Shown one piece after another: positions 12,801-26,990 of a stretch of 64,000 nt of DNA. Both the position numbers and the translations under genes were made by a program. Source of the DNA: Camelus dromedarius (taxonomy: Eukaryota); contig NC_087437.1 in NCBI RefSeq assembly GCF_036321535.1, forward strand, positions 70,248,001 through 70,312,000. Reading direction: 5' to 3'. How positions within the stretch are numbered: the stretch's first letter is position 1; every line of letters starts with the position of its first letter. The notes under the pieces were generated by a model. The model searched no databases, was not told where the DNA came from, and worked only from the letters and a program-made list of their open reading frames with translations.

Positions 12801-12842
12801 AAGTTTAGGAGTTGAGGAAAGAAGATTAAAGAGCGCGAGGAG
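12795..12842 (+). other. ZBTB20: Short non-coding first exon (start approximate), probably ZBTB20 exon 1
   Basis: Lies directly after last CCAAT/GC box; no ATG; ends at donor GAG|GTAACG followed by G-run-rich intron start; sequence 'gaagtttaggagttgaggaaagaagattaaagagcgcgaggag' recalled as ZBTB20 5' end (memory, not searched). Confidence 0.6.
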
Positions 12843-13675
12843 GTAACGCCAAAAACTCTAATTTGTTGTGGGGCGGGCGGGAAGGAGGGGTGTGTGCGTG
12901 CCGTGGGGGACGGGGCGTCTGCGAGGCACTTCGAGTGGGGGGCGGCGGGACTGGAAAGGAGGGGCGCGGGGTGCGGTTGGGGAAGCGAATTAGAATGGTG
13001 AGCCCGCGGGCCGTTGGCAGGCAGAGCGCGCGCCCCCTTCACCTGGCGCCCCGCCTCGCGCCCCCTCCCCCCGGGCGCCCCTCCTCACGCTGGCGGCGGC
13101 GGCTGCGGCAGCAGCATCGCCCGACCCGGCGCAGAGGAAGGGAGCGCGGGAGGGTCTCGGATCCCGGATCCCGGGAGCGGGCGGGGCGTCCCGCAGCTGG
13201 AAACGTGTCTTCTGCCTTCTTCTCTCTACTCCCCGCACCTGGAGCTGCCGCTTCCAAGAAGAGGAGCTGAGGGGGACTAGCCGGGGCTCAGGAGCTGCTA
13301 GAGGCGCCCGCTTGTCGTCCGCCCCCTCCCTCCTCGCCCTCCCCTGCTTGCCATTGCTCTGGCGGTCTCGGGAGCGTCTTCAGAGAACTGGGGGGCGGGA
13401 GGGGGGTCCTGGCCCCAGAGCCGCTGGACGCCCCTCCAGACGCCGGAGCTACCGGCCGCCGCCTGCTTCGCTGCTACGACTGTAGAGGAGGGGGCTTGGG
13501 AAGGGAAGACACGCCTTTCCTTCTTTCTCTCCTCCTTTGGGCCCCTTTGGAAACATTAAAAAATGTTTACGCTTTTTGATAGCTGAGAGAAAATGGTTGG
13601 AAGCTTTTTGAAAGTTTAAAAGAAATGCGCTCTCTTTTAATGCGTTACTGTCCGTGTGGCTTTCTGGTTTTCTCC

Positions 13676-13709
13676 CACCACCCACCCTGCACCACCACCA
13701 CCACCACCA
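13676..13709. repeat. (CAC)n low-complexity run
   Basis: ccaccacccaccctgcaccaccaccaccaccacca. Confidence 0.85.
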
Positions 13710-15689
13710 ACCCTTCCGAAGCTGTTACCCTTTTTAAGGATGCTGAAGAGGCAGGAGGCAGGAATTTTCTAAAAGTTATATTGATAAACACACTTGCACA
13801 AACATATGCTAGGCACACGCATAAACTATAAACATAGCGAAAAACACAATATGGCGTACAGCTACACTACCTAGCACGGTAATCCGCTGATCTCTTCACA
13901 GTGAACTCAGTTGAATGGGGTCAGGAGCAGGGTGACAGTTCGCCAGTAAAAATCTGAATGAAACAGGAAGTAATTTGGAAGCACCCTGTTGGTTAAATAC
14001 TGTCCTAAGAATCAGCGCTGGCCCAAGCTAAACTGAATTTGTTTATCTTCTAGACATGTGAAAATTGTCTTAATTATTTCTTAGAATTGAAAGTACCAAA
14101 ATGTTAAATGTCTTCTCACTGTATGGTCATATGTTAATTTCAGCTAATAAAATTAACAGACACCACTGATTACCCCAGTGTTTTCAAGCAAACTCTCTTC
14201 TAAAGTTATATTGTTAACTTGGTGTTGAAAGTTTTAAAACATAAATTATAATGACCGTTTTCTAAATAAGATTTCTAGCTTTACGCATTAAATTTAAATA
14301 AGCAGTTATCAGCAAATTCATAAATGGTTTACTTTCCTACCTGTTGCTCCTAATCCCATGTACCCTTTGCCATCACTTGGGAATGGTTAAAATATGCTTT
14401 TCCACACAACCACACCCTTAGATATGGATTTGACTAGTTCAATTTTGGCTACATTCTTTATTTCTGCTTTAGATCTAGGTATTTCTATATTTCTAGGAAA
14501 AGAATGACAAAAATTTACATTGGTTTTTTTATGGCCTTGTTTGCCCTTTGTCCTTCTTAATCAGAATATATCAAAGCTGATGCACATAATAGTGCGTGGT
14601 AATACTGCTGTGCTCTCTTGGGAGTAGTCTCCTCAAGTTTTTAGAATGGTCCTTGAAAAATTGCTGATGTTACTCATTGTTAACCACTCAAGGTTTAATT
14701 CTTAAGATTTTTGGGTATGTGATTTCCTTTGAGCTAAATTTTGGAGGGCTTTTAGGCTTGAGAATACATGGTGCTCAAATAAACAGGTGAGGAGAAGTGA
14801 GCTTTCTAGAAATATAATTAGCTGCTCAGTGAGTCCAGCAGTTGGGTATTTTTGGTTTTGTGATTTCAGATCTCACAGACCATTGGAATAAAGGCCTTTT
14901 GCACATGAAGATCAGGTGACAAGTTAACTGGCTACCAGCCTCCAAAGCAATACGCCCTTTCATGGTGAGGTCCTGATTTTAACAGACTAAGAAAAGAAAT
15001 TTGTCTAAAAATTGTCAAATTTTAATCCATTATTTTGGAAGAAGTCTTTATGCTTACCTGTCTAGTTCATTTAAGATGTCAGTATTTTAAGGTTACTACC
15101 ACACCAAGATATATTTTAATGTGTACTAAGGACTAGCTATGGAAAGACAGTATTGAGTTTAAATGGAATACTAGAGGAAGGAACAACTTACATGTGAGGG
15201 TTATAATTTTGGTGTGTTGGAGGTGGGGGGTAAGGGGATGGTTGTTCAGAACTACTAGTTGATTTGATGCCAGTTTTGCAGTTTCCTAAGTAGTTAGGTG
15301 AGAAAGTTTTTGAAATCCACAAATACCCTACTACTCTTGCTATCAAATTAGTATGAAAATGACTTCTTGGTATAGGAATAAAATCTAAGGAAAAAACATT
15401 TTAAGTGAATTATTTTTATCTAAGTAGTCAGTCTTCAGAAGACTTTCTAACCAAATTGAAATTCCTGAAAAAAAGGCTACACTGAATAATTAGGTCATTA
15501 TAGAAGAGCAATAAAAGATAAAACTAAATTCCTGTAAAGGATCTAAAATTTATAAACAAATTACAAGTTATTATGAATATTTTAGAGTAACTAGTAAGGA
15601 GAGTCTTCAAAACATTTGGAATACAGAAGTAGAGCTTGATGGGCTCTGATTTATTCTCTGAAATCTTTTTTTCCCCTGAAGTGGATATT

Positions 15690-15778
15690 TAAATTCATTA
15701 AATTGTTCTAGACACTTGGGTTGTAAAAGTGAACAAGAGAGAAAATTACCTGCCCAGGTAGAGTTTACATTCTAATGT
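15690..15778 (-). mobile_element. L2 3' fragment
   Basis: 'ttgttctagacacttggg...aaagtgaacaagaga...cctgcccaggtagagtttacattctaatg'. Confidence 0.55.
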
Positions 15779-18700
15779 CACATACACCTCATGTACTTCA
15801 TATTGTTAGGAGAAGATATTTTTTGGATGAAATTTTAAAATGTAGCTGTTTTCTCATTTTGGGAAATATGATTTGAAAAAGCTTACAGAAATTTGAAGGG
15901 CAGGGAGGTATTTACCAATTGTCAATGATGAGAAAGGAAGAGCTTACTTTATTTTTTATTTGTACCCTTTGTTACTGCCATGAAACATTCCCTATACATT
16001 TCAGTAGGTCTTATCAACAGATAGGGGTTTCTTTCTTTTTTTTTTTTTGTTCATAATTTTAAGCATGCCTTTGAAATAACTAAAGTGTTACTTCATATTA
16101 AAAAGAAATCTATGTCTTGGGATTTACTACAAATTCCTATAGAGCTTTTTCTTATTAGCAAATTGTGGTAAAACATAAGCTAGACTATCTTAATTTTTTT
16201 TTTTCAATTAGAATTTGTTTTAGGAATATATCTGGAAAATGAAGTGCCTAAATTTTTGTCAGTTGTGGCTTTATCAAGAGAAGATGGAAATTTTTAATTA
16301 ATTTATAGGTGACATTAAAGAGAGAAAAAGAGAAAGGCCTACAAAAAAATGCTTTGTTATTTAAACCTTTCTTTCAAATTACAAAAGCATTTGATTGGCA
16401 CGTCTCTGATTTAATAGACCATTTGTAATGCAAGAGGAACATTACAGAAGAGTTTAGCATTACTTTAATCATTTAGTCTGTAGGTGTAAAAATCCTTGGT
16501 TTCTGATAGAAAGAGACTTGGTGCCTGGTTGAGGGAGTTATGATTTAATGCTGAGTTTTTTGCTTCAAGTAGGGGGTGTCTCACCTTTCCAAAGCCTAGT
16601 TTATAGTTCTCAAATAAGTTCAGATTTTCCTTATTTTTCTCTATCACAGTTTTATTTTGTTAGTCAAATACAAGTTCAGTTCTGATAACTTTTTTTTTAC
16701 ATACAATCCTCCTACCTCCAGTCCTCCCCATCCCCTGTTGTCAAGGGCTTGAATTTCTATACCTACATTAGATCTCTATTTATGCTAATTTGTAGCATAA
16801 TCACCTCTTCCAGAAAGGGTACATATTAATGCCCTTTAGAGAACATTGTGGTTGCCTGTGGCTATTTCAACACAGACCTGGCAGCGTCTGAAAGCTATAA
16901 ATAGGAAAATTTAGGACGAAAAGCAGAGACTGTAACTAATGGAATAAATTGTTTTAGCTGAAATCTGTTTTAAAAAAGCAAAGTGGAAGAATTGTTATTA
17001 GAATGTTAAAAAATTAAGAACTCCTAATTTTAGTAAGGGTGGTTGATCAATGTGTGTCTGTGTGCGTGTAAGTATATATTTATGTATGATCAGATTTTGA
17101 ATAAAGACATGTTCCAGTGCTGGATAAATAATTTCAGTCCTGCCTTGTGTTCCTTGATATGGAAGGCATTCAGAGTGCCCAGATGATTTTGTGTAACATG
17201 CTTTGTTAGTTACTAAAACTTTTCTCCGAGAAGCATAGAAACACAAGCTAATTAAGTCTTTGTAAATTGTGTAATAATTTTGTATTGACAGTTATTTTGG
17301 AAGTTTTTTTTTTTTAAAGCATGATTACTAAGCAGCACGTAAAATGAATGAAATCTAAAGTGAGGAGTTGTTAGAACCCTGGACCCACATAATAAGACAG
17401 TTGAGAGCTTCAAAAACAGATATTCATAAGTAAAAGATAAAATCTTGGCATCTGTCAAATTTCTAAAGTAATAAAATAATGACCAATCTAATAATATCCA
17501 CATTTTTAAGGTAAGTGTAAGTATGTGTACAGTGCATTTTAAGTCAAAATTTGGGGTGTTATTGGCTAGACACAGTCGTTTCTTTGCCAGAGATACTAGG
17601 CTGTGTGAAGGCTAACCATCTGTCAAGTGATAGAGACAAAGAAAGGTTTAATATACTAGCCTAAAATTTCCACAAACTTGTTTTGAATTGTATTGTCATT
17701 TTGTTTTGGCCTTCAGATTCTGTGTTGAATATTCACTGGGTCAGTCACCCCACTTTGTTTTATGAACAAACTATTCAAGGTCTAGATAAGGTTATTGTCA
17801 CAGCTGATGTGATCTAGAGGCAAGATAAAATATGTTTTGATTTTGCTTTCATGTAATGATCAAAAACTCACAAGTGGGCCACCCATTAGCAGTTATACTA
17901 GTGACTTCAAGCATGCTTATTTTCACCCACCCATTCTGAATTTTGGGTATCTTAATTTTTTGGGTTTATATATTCAAGTCTCGTATTTCAAACCCATTCC
18001 TGAGCTATTTGGGGGGAGTGGGGGGAAGTAGCAATAGGAATCCAGATTGCCTGTTTTAGGTACAATATGGTGTGATGTGAAATTGAAACAGCAGATTGGT
18101 GAGAAACTTTACTTTCAAACAAATATAAACTAGTTTGTTCAGTGAAGTCATACACAAAACAGTAGTCTCTATTGACAGGGCAACATTCTTTTTGTCTGGT
18201 AACTTCCACATCATTAAGTCATTGAGGTTCTTTGGGCCAGCAGTCTGTTTCTAAGGCATCATATAAGAAAAAGAAGCCCTAATATTGCTGATTGTAATGA
18301 TATACTTAGATATGGCAGGCCGAGGAATTATTTGTAGCAGTGCTAATTATATCAATAAAAATAGCAATATTAATACTGTGAGTGTCAAAATCCATTCTTG
18401 ACAGTATGAGGTAAACAGAACTATAGTCAAACAAAGCAGCCAGCCTGTCTCTACTGTCAGCTCATGAATATGCACCTCAGGAAAAATATACACAGTTTAG
18501 AGAATTAGGAATACTGATTTAATCTCTTTTCAATTACTTTTGACCTTTTTTTTTTAGATTTAAACAATTATTTTAAATTTAAACAATATTAAAAAGACTC
18601 GAATTTTTAGTTTTGAAATTACTGGCAACCATTTTCTTACTGACTGTCATTAATAAGTTTGTAGAGACTTACTTATTTATATATGGTTAAGTGCTTTATA

Positions 18701-19104
18701 AATTATCAGAAATTCATTTTCTTTGCACCCCTGTTTGGGATATATAACCATCACAAAAGAAAGCTGGGGGACCACTAACAATTTACAAAACAAACCCAAC
18801 CCCAACAATACCATACATGTACACAGCAATAAATCTCCGGCTTCTTTTTGGATTTAAAAAATAAGCCTTTTCCATGGTTTTTTTTTTTTTTTTTCAAGAA
18901 AAAGCATAAATTTTCTTTGTGATTTTTATTATTTCTAGCCAGTTTTTATGTTATTTTCAACTTATTTTCCTAGGAATATAAAATCCAGTAAGTAGAAGTC
19001 ATTAAATGCAGTGTTTTTTAACTCGAAGAGACAGCATCTAACTTATTAACCAATCCCTCATATTAGATTTAACTCTCATTTTAGTGCACATTGTCAAAAA
19101 TTTC

Positions 19105-19237
19105 AGATGTAGAGTTTGGAGAGATTGTTACAGGCCTAGTGCTATCACTGATGAGTTGTATGACCTTGGGCATGTCACATAATCTGTTTGGATCTCTACC
19201 TTAGCTTCTTCATCTTCAGGGTCCCTTCCATCTCTAA
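19105..19237 (+). mobile_element. MIR3/MIRc SINE fragment
   Basis: 'tgtatgaccttgggcatgtcacataatct' core and 'gggtcccttccatctctaa' MIR3-type tail. Confidence 0.7.
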
Positions 19238-20369
19238 TAATATGGGTATGTTACTTTTGATGCTTGAATCTTTATTTTAGCTTCAGGTAGTGTGACTGGA
19301 TGTGATGTGTAGGGGAGTATCAGGAAAGAGTATATGTAAGATACTTGATTTTGCTTTTTACTTTTAGTCTTTGATAAAAGTTTTATTTTAATGATCCTTG
19401 CATTCAAACATAGCATAGCAGTACAAGTATAGATCCACAATATTAAGTGCTGATAATCTTTTATAGTTGGTAATTATAATAAGTTTATTAGTTTATGCAA
19501 CTTTTTCACCAGTTCCCCTTCACTTATATAGACATATCAGTAATAGCATTTATGAACGTGATTCTATGCATAAAGTTGCTTAACTGGAGAAAGCAGTTAA
19601 TAACAGAATGAGTTAACTCAGAGTTGTTTTCTAATTCTATAAGATAGCTAGATAGATTTCTTTGAAGAAAAAAGGCAAACTTGGTTTTTGTGCTTCTTTG
19701 AGCAAAAAATAAATATACTTTTGAGTAATCAGGAGCCATCTCCATATAGATCTTATAAAGTTGGTTAATTTTAATTAGTGCGTTTGATTTTTGATTCTAC
19801 ATTACACCCATCTGAGGATAGATTTACACAGCAGGAATGATACAGGAGACAAAGTTGACTCTATTTTGTTGAAGAATAGTGAGGAGAATCTGTGCTAGAA
19901 AACACTTTGCAAATACAGTATTGTCATATGTAGAAACAAAATATATACAATTTGTGTGTACCTACTTGTAGGTATTTATTTAATGATAACCTCAAAGCTT
20001 TCATTTAAAGTTTCACTCTCAGTTTCTTTTTAATTGACCCACATTCCTTTTGCTAGTATGAATGGTAGTGAGAGGCTCGAAACCATCAAACCCTTTACCT
20101 GTTCCCAAATAGAAACAGCTATCTGGAGACACCTGTATAATCCTTTGTTCCTCCCCCTTCCCTACACCTATCCATAGCTCCAGATGTTCCTGATACTGCT
20201 TATAGCATTTTATGAATGTATATTCATAGACAGAATATACAACAAACTCTCCAATACATTAGGTAACGCTAAGCTATTCTGGCCTACCAAACATAGCTAA
20301 TCAGGAAAAATGGCAAGAAAAATTTTAGATCAACCATAGGACAAAAATGATGGTATGAGTACTTCAATG

Positions 20370-20935
20370 CATGCAAATAAGGGAAAAAGTATTATAACAT
20401 ATTTAGAAAGGAAGCTGATTTTAGACTATAAGTTCACTGAAACCTAGCACATGTACTGAGGAATTTACGTACACTTTTCTGTAAAGACATTGGTGCTAAA
20501 AAGACTAGCAAAATTATTGGTTGAAAGCATGGTGAAAAGAAAATAAAATACATTCTGTTCTTGTACCAAACAGTAATAAGAATAACAAGATTTATTGAGA
20601 GTACTCTGTACCAGACATTGGTTATATCTGCATTTTTTCAGTTAATTCCATAATCCTATGAGATAAGCACTTTTATTATGTCATTTTTAAAGACAAGTTA
20701 AGACTCAGAAAAGTTACGTAAGTTGTTCAAAGTCACACAGCTAGTATATATAACAGCTGGGAATTCAAACTCAAGTTCAACTCCAGGGAACCTATGCTCT
20801 TAATCACCACTTCATTGTACCTCTGTTCTGGGACCATTTTCGCTCAGTGCTTGTCCTGATTAGTAACGGTAATCTTATTTCAAGAAAGGCAAGAAAGGAT
20901 TTGGAGGTGGTTCCAGAGAAGGGCACAGAGTGAAA
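20370..20935 (+). mobile_element. L3/CR1 LINE remnant interrupted by a MIR
   Basis: 'ggtgctaaaaagactagcaaaattattgg' before and 'ttcaagaaaggcaagaaaggatttggaggtggttccagagaagggcac' after the MIR resemble successive CR1 3' blocks. Confidence 0.5.
20573..20823 (-). mobile_element. MIR SINE, near full length
   Basis: 'atttattgagagtactctgtaccagac...gactcagaaaagttacgtaagttgttcaaagtcacacagctagt...gggaattcaaactcaag...tgctcttaatcac'. Confidence 0.85.
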
Positions 20936-22879
20936 GAGCTCTAAGTGGGAGAAACAGTTGCTATGGTAAAGTTTTCTTTTTGAAATTTAACTCTTTGGTC
21001 TAAAATTACAACTGTGGAGAGGGTATCTGTCTAAGAGGCTTTAACAGTGGATAGACTGGGTAACTGCTGCCTGATTTTGTTGGATGGACAACAGTGGATC
21101 TGGGTAGCAGATGTCAAAGCAGACAGAGGAAATCATGAGTAGGAGTAGGTCAAAGGAAGCACAAGTTATTGGGAGAACTGGGAAGGTAGAGGTCAGAAAG
21201 GAGACCTAAATCTAACAGGTTGAGTAACTAAGAACCGGGATCATAGGAAAAATGGGTGTGGCAGAACAGAAACAGAGTATATTCAAAACTTTGGAAAATC
21301 CTGCTCACTTTGGAAGGCCCACACATTTTTTGTTTGTTGTTTGCACCCTTACATTGTATGTTTCAGAAATCAATAGCTGGCTTAAATAGGGGTCACCTAG
21401 AGCCCGAGATACAAAGACTGCTATGGTTTTGGCACAAAAAAACACGATTGTTAATACTAATTTAGGATTAGGCCGTATGTTTAGATGCATTACAAAGAAT
21501 TGCTATTTAGTACAAAAACCTATGTGGTAAACCTGATAACAGCTTTCATTTATCAAGTACCTACTGTGTGCCGCTCCATTCTGAAATTGTTCCTGGTGGG
21601 CACTTATAGTACTGTATAAGTTACTCTCTGCTGTCCAGTTTTCAAATATGAGAAAACACAGTTAGCTTTTCTGAGAATTTGATGGGTAAAACAAATTATA
21701 TCTTAATTTTATTTCATTTCATGTTGTAATTTAGCTTTTGATCTCCTCCTCCCCATGCTCATGGAACCAGGCTCCACCAGGCTTAAGGTGGAATAGAGTC
21801 TAAACTTCTCGTGTTACTGTAACTTTTCCTTCAGTTGTCACCAAAGTGAAAGAAAGATTCAATTTTATTTGATAGGATAAATGCCTTTCTATCAGAGTAA
21901 TAGATTCAAATAAGCAGCCCAGGTAAAGTCAGTATACATGAGTTTAGGTTATATTAACGGTAGCCAGCATGAGTTGATGAAAAGGGAATTATATAAACTT
22001 TTAAAGTGAGTTTTTGTTATTTTAAATAATTTTAATGACATCAAACCAAGTACAAACAGATATGTATGCCATGTATGCATACTCATACCCTTTTTCTACT
22101 AGGTACTAGAGACCTCAAAAGTTTTTAAGACATAATATTGAGCTATTAGAGAGTTGGATCATCTGAATGGAGTCAAAGAATAATGGAAGAGCTATACCTC
22201 ACTTATGTGTCTTCAGTTTCCCTTATGACAATATTTCTGATATTTCCTTCAGACTGTTTCTAGTGCATTAGGAAATATATATAGTACAATAATCATTTCG
22301 TATGTTTCAAATGGATACATCACTAATACAATATACTCCAAAGTTAGGAAGATGATCATCATTCAGTTTATGCATGACACCTTTCCTCTTCAGGTTTATT
22401 GTTGTCACTAATCTTTTATTCTTGTTCTTTTGACATCTTGTGATACCTAGTCCTTTTAACAGCTATGTTGTTTATATCTCACTTTCCTTTTACATATTTG
22501 ACCCTTAGATAAAATACCTTTGAAAATTCATTCTCTCAATAATCTTTCTTGTTCTGGCAAAGGGTTGAGAACAAGGAAATATGTTGAAGGGGTGATTTGA
22601 GCTTAAAAGCAGTATGGAGAAAAATGAACAGGATTCCAGGCCTTTCTGATTCAGGTATTGTACATTATTGTCTCAACAGTTGTTATAAAGTGAATTGCCA
22701 GAGTGTATAAAAGCCAAAAATAAATGGCTGCTATTTTTCTGTAATTTTTTGTTATGCCTACCTTTGTTCCTATCTATTATTTGTGTAATGATGAGTTTTA
22801 TTATGCAAAAATGGGTGCATCTATTCTCTGACATTCATCATTCAAGAAAGGTAGCATTTAAAATTACGCCATACCCAAC

Positions 22880-22985
22880 TGCAGATCCTTAAGGGCAGGT
22901 ACCATATTTTATTAATCTTTAAAGCCTTAGTGCTTAGTATAGTACCTGGCAAATTGGAGGATTTGGTGTTGTTTAGATTAATTTG
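22880..22985 (+). mobile_element. L2 3' end
   Basis: 'atccttaagggcaggtaccatattttt...cttagtgcttagtatagtacctggca'. Confidence 0.6.
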
Positions 22986-25900
22986 TAGCTGTCCTAGGAA
23001 GATTACTTTGATCCTTCTGTACTGGCTATCCATTCCTTATTTTCAGTTGATCGGTTCAAATTTAGCATTATTACAATTCTTATTACCTATTACAGGGTTT
23101 CTCTGTACTTTTCTAAGACCCAAACACTTCTGCACATGTTCATAATCTTTTATCCTGTTAGATACTTAATGAAAATCTGTCATGGCAGACGTTCCAATAA
23201 AAATTTATACTGACTATGATTCAGAAAAGAAATATATCAGATATCACCCATCAATGGTAAAGCAAATCTACTACAGTCAATTCAGGATATTGTGTTGAAT
23301 AGAGTATACAGAATTATATTACCTAGTGATTCAAGGATGAAATCCAAATTTCATATCCTATATGATTCCTATCTGGATAGTAGAACAAACAGCCCAGAGT
23401 ATTTTTTTTTTTGCACTTAATAGATTGTAGTAAGATTTTGAGCATTTCATATGAGCTTCCTAATTCTTGACAAAAAAAAATAGTTCATAAAATTTCACAC
23501 AATTAAACAACAGAGCTTTAGTTTATTTTACCTTATTATCTAAATTGTTTAGAAGTCTAGTCTAGTGAAACACTTTAATGTTATGTGATGTTATAGCCTT
23601 ATCTCTTCTAGAAAGCAAAAAGTATTTAGGCTTGAACAGTATAGAGGGTAGTGTCATGAAAACCACTGTGTAGATGCATGTGTGATTCCTATATAATAGA
23701 TGATATGCTTTTTCATATTTATAAGGCTTGCTAGTTAGACAATGGGAAACTTACATGATTGGCCAAAGCTATAATTTGTCTTTCTACTGACGGAAACTAT
23801 AGCAAATTGATTTGAAGTTGTTTCCAAAACAAAAGGTATTTATGTCCTAGAATAATTAACACTGGGATTGCATTAAAGCTTACTTTAAGAAATTAATAAC
23901 TGCAGTATATTTTGGGATCTGTATTTAAGAGCATGAAGAGAACATATTGTCATTTTTATATATTCAAGAATGTGCTTTCTGAGAAAAGTATTGATCCTTG
24001 GAAATAATTATAATGAAGTCTCAGACAACCCCAGACCCACATACGTATTCTCCCTCAACATTTTTAAAATTAAGGATTCTGAAAACAGAGTGACCTATGT
24101 ATGGCCATCTTCCTCTTCACTTCCAACTCCTGATTGTCTTTCTCAATCTTTCTGAATTTGCTGTTGAGATCTGTGAACAATTGCTGTGACATCTTTGGCA
24201 GAAAAATACTGCTTTGAAACTTTTCTGCCTTCAATTGGGCAAGTAGTTAGAGTATAGTACTGGAATTTAAGAATAAAGATCAGAAAATGATAGACATTGT
24301 AAAGGACAGCTTGGGCTTCAGAAGTCTGAACCACTATGGGAGAAGATTAGTATTTGCCCATTTTATATATCCAAGTCTCCCCAACTAGCTAGAAAGTCAA
24401 AGTAATTGAATGTTCTGGCTGGATTTTCTCTGTCCCTGAGGCTGAAAAGAAATAGAGAGATAGGACAACAGAGATCTGCCTCTTCATGCCTTTGCAGAGA
24501 ATTGACAGACTTGTCTACATTGCTTTTCTCCAAGCAGTGTAGGCTCCACAGAATGTTGTACTCCAACAACCAGACCTGAGATCCAGTGAGTTATCGATGA
24601 AAAATAATCCATTTAAGGGAACCCAGTAGTGAGGGAGGGAGGAAGATTAGGTAGGAAAATTAGAGTACATTTTCCAAACAACTATACTATTGGCAAAAAT
24701 ATTTTTTTTAATTTATTGAATAAACTAAATTTTGAAAAAAATTAAGAGCACTTAAGGAAGGTCAAATACAGAACAAAAAAGAATTTCAGATACTAAGGCA
24801 AACATATCTCAATTGAATGACTCAGTGGAAAAATCAGAGGGGAACATGGTCACTGCTGAAATATGAATCAGTGAACTGAAAGACCAAGTGCAAGAAATAC
24901 ATCAAAGTTCATAAAACAAAAATAAAATATGATACAAATCTTGAATGAAAAGGATGAGTCTTAGAGAATAGATTAGAAATCAAAACGTGAATAATAGGAA
25001 TTACAGAGGGAGAAATAAGAACAGATGGAGGAGAAGAATAATTCAATAATAGAGGATAGCTTTGAGATAAAGAAAGATCAGAGTCTGGATTGAAAAGGTT
25101 TATTGATTCATGCTCTTGATTGAAAGAAAAGATACACTTAGACATGTCTTGATAAAAGTTATGAACTCTCAAAATAAATTGAAATATAAGCTCCCTAGTA
25201 GAAATAACAAGTTTCTCTTATAAAAGGGAAAAATACCAAAGTATCATAGGACTTCATATTTGCAAGTTATGGAATCTAGAAGACAGTGGAATGACATCTA
25301 CATACTCCAAAGGGAAATGACAACAGTTCAAAAACTTCAGTGCCCAGAAAGTTGTCATTTTCTAGTCATGGTGAAATAATACATTTAAGGGAAACCAAGA
25401 ATGCGGAATGTATAATTATTACAACCTATCTGAGAAAGTGCCTAAGAATAGATGATAAGCAAACAGATGAACTAGGACAAAGATTTCAAGATGAAAAGGA
25501 AAGGAAATAGTGGTGAATTATGAACATTTATATATAATTGTGTATGTGTTGTATGTAATTTCATTTAAGAGCTAAAGGTAGATGGCTAGGAATTGTGTAA
25601 TAAAATTTCACAATTCCAGGCTTTTGAAATAAAAGAGTAATATTTATGTAAATAAAATTTTAATATATTAAATTATCTCATCAAAACTTAGTTGGCAGAG
25701 GGGATAGACAGGAGGAATGTAAAAGAGAAGGGAAATGAGTGATGGGAGATAAGAGGAAAGAAGGAAGAGAAGAGGGAGAAAAGTGAATGTATCCTAAAGA
25801 TTTCATTTATTTAGGAGAAAGGTGAGGGATAGAACCTCTTAGTGGGGGAAAAATTGTCTTACGTATGTAGAAATACACATCTGTTCTTTAGCGTAGGGAA

Positions 25901-26990
25901 AGTTAGGGCTTATGCAATAGAACATCATGTAGAACTTGCATAGTAGCAAGGAGAAGATAGAATGCAGAGCCTCTTGATCAAATAAAAAATGGAAAAGGAA
26001 AACAAGGAAACAATTATGGAAAATAATTGTAAGTTATTAGAAGATATAAAATTAAGCACATCAATTATTACGTTTAATGTGGTGGACTAAATTATCTCAT
26101 TAAAAACAGATGTCAGATTGAATTTAAAAACATAAGCCACTCAAATTATAAGAGGAACACCTATGTCAAAATGGTAAAGAAAGGTTGTTTGTAAAATGAT
26201 GGACATAAACTACATCAGGCAAATGCAAATGAAAGGAAAATAGAAAAGCATGAGTGACAGCATTGATATCAAAAGGGGGCTCTGTATTGATAAAAGGCAC
26301 AGTTTATGAAGAAAACCACATAAATCTGTATAAAGCAGTTTTATTTATAGTAGGTAAGTATGTAAAATAAAAACTATCAGAAAGGCCTAGGCAGCTCTGT
26401 TTAATACATACAATGACTAAGAGAAATGGGATAATGTAGTTCAAAAACTTAATATATTTGTAGAATTTGTTACTTAAAGATTTTTTAAACTTCTCTGTGC
26501 TTGGCCGCAAAGGAAACTTTATACATTTTAGAAAGCAGAGATTTACAAGCACAATCTCTAATTATAAGCTAGTGTAACTAGAATTTTAAAAATTTTTCTA
26601 AAAGGTGACAAAAAATTATTAACTACTTAGAAATTAAAGAAAACATTCCTAGATAACTCTTGGATAAAGAGGAAGTCACTTGGAAAACATTGGAAATATT
26701 GAAAAGAATATTTTATGCAGAAATCTGTTGAAAACAGCTAAAGGGGTTGTCAGAGGAAAGTTGATAGTCTTAATGCCTTCATTATTAAGAAAGATGGAAA
26801 ATAAAAGGATAGTCTAGTAATTTTAAGAAATTAGGATCAACAATGATATAGAATACAAGAAAAGGAATTTTATTTTCAAATGTGAAATTAATGAAATGGA
26901 AAACAAAATAAAAATCAGTATGAAAGCTGGATCTTTGGAAAGACCAGTACAATACATAAACTTGTGAAGATTAAAAAGCAAAAAAGAAAA

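Larger units (their letters stand above)
11780..13480. promoter_or_regulatory. CpG island (major promoter)
   Basis: ~1.7 kb of very GC-rich, CpG-dense sequence in an otherwise AT-rich, CpG-poor window; many GGGCGG boxes. Confidence 0.95.

Noticed and set aside
11693..13280. Cluster of 66-144 aa ORFs on both strands in the CpG island
   Set aside because: Arg/Gly/Pro/Ala-rich, overlapping in many frames, mostly non-ATG starts: expected from stop-codon scarcity in GC-rich DNA; no recognisable domain
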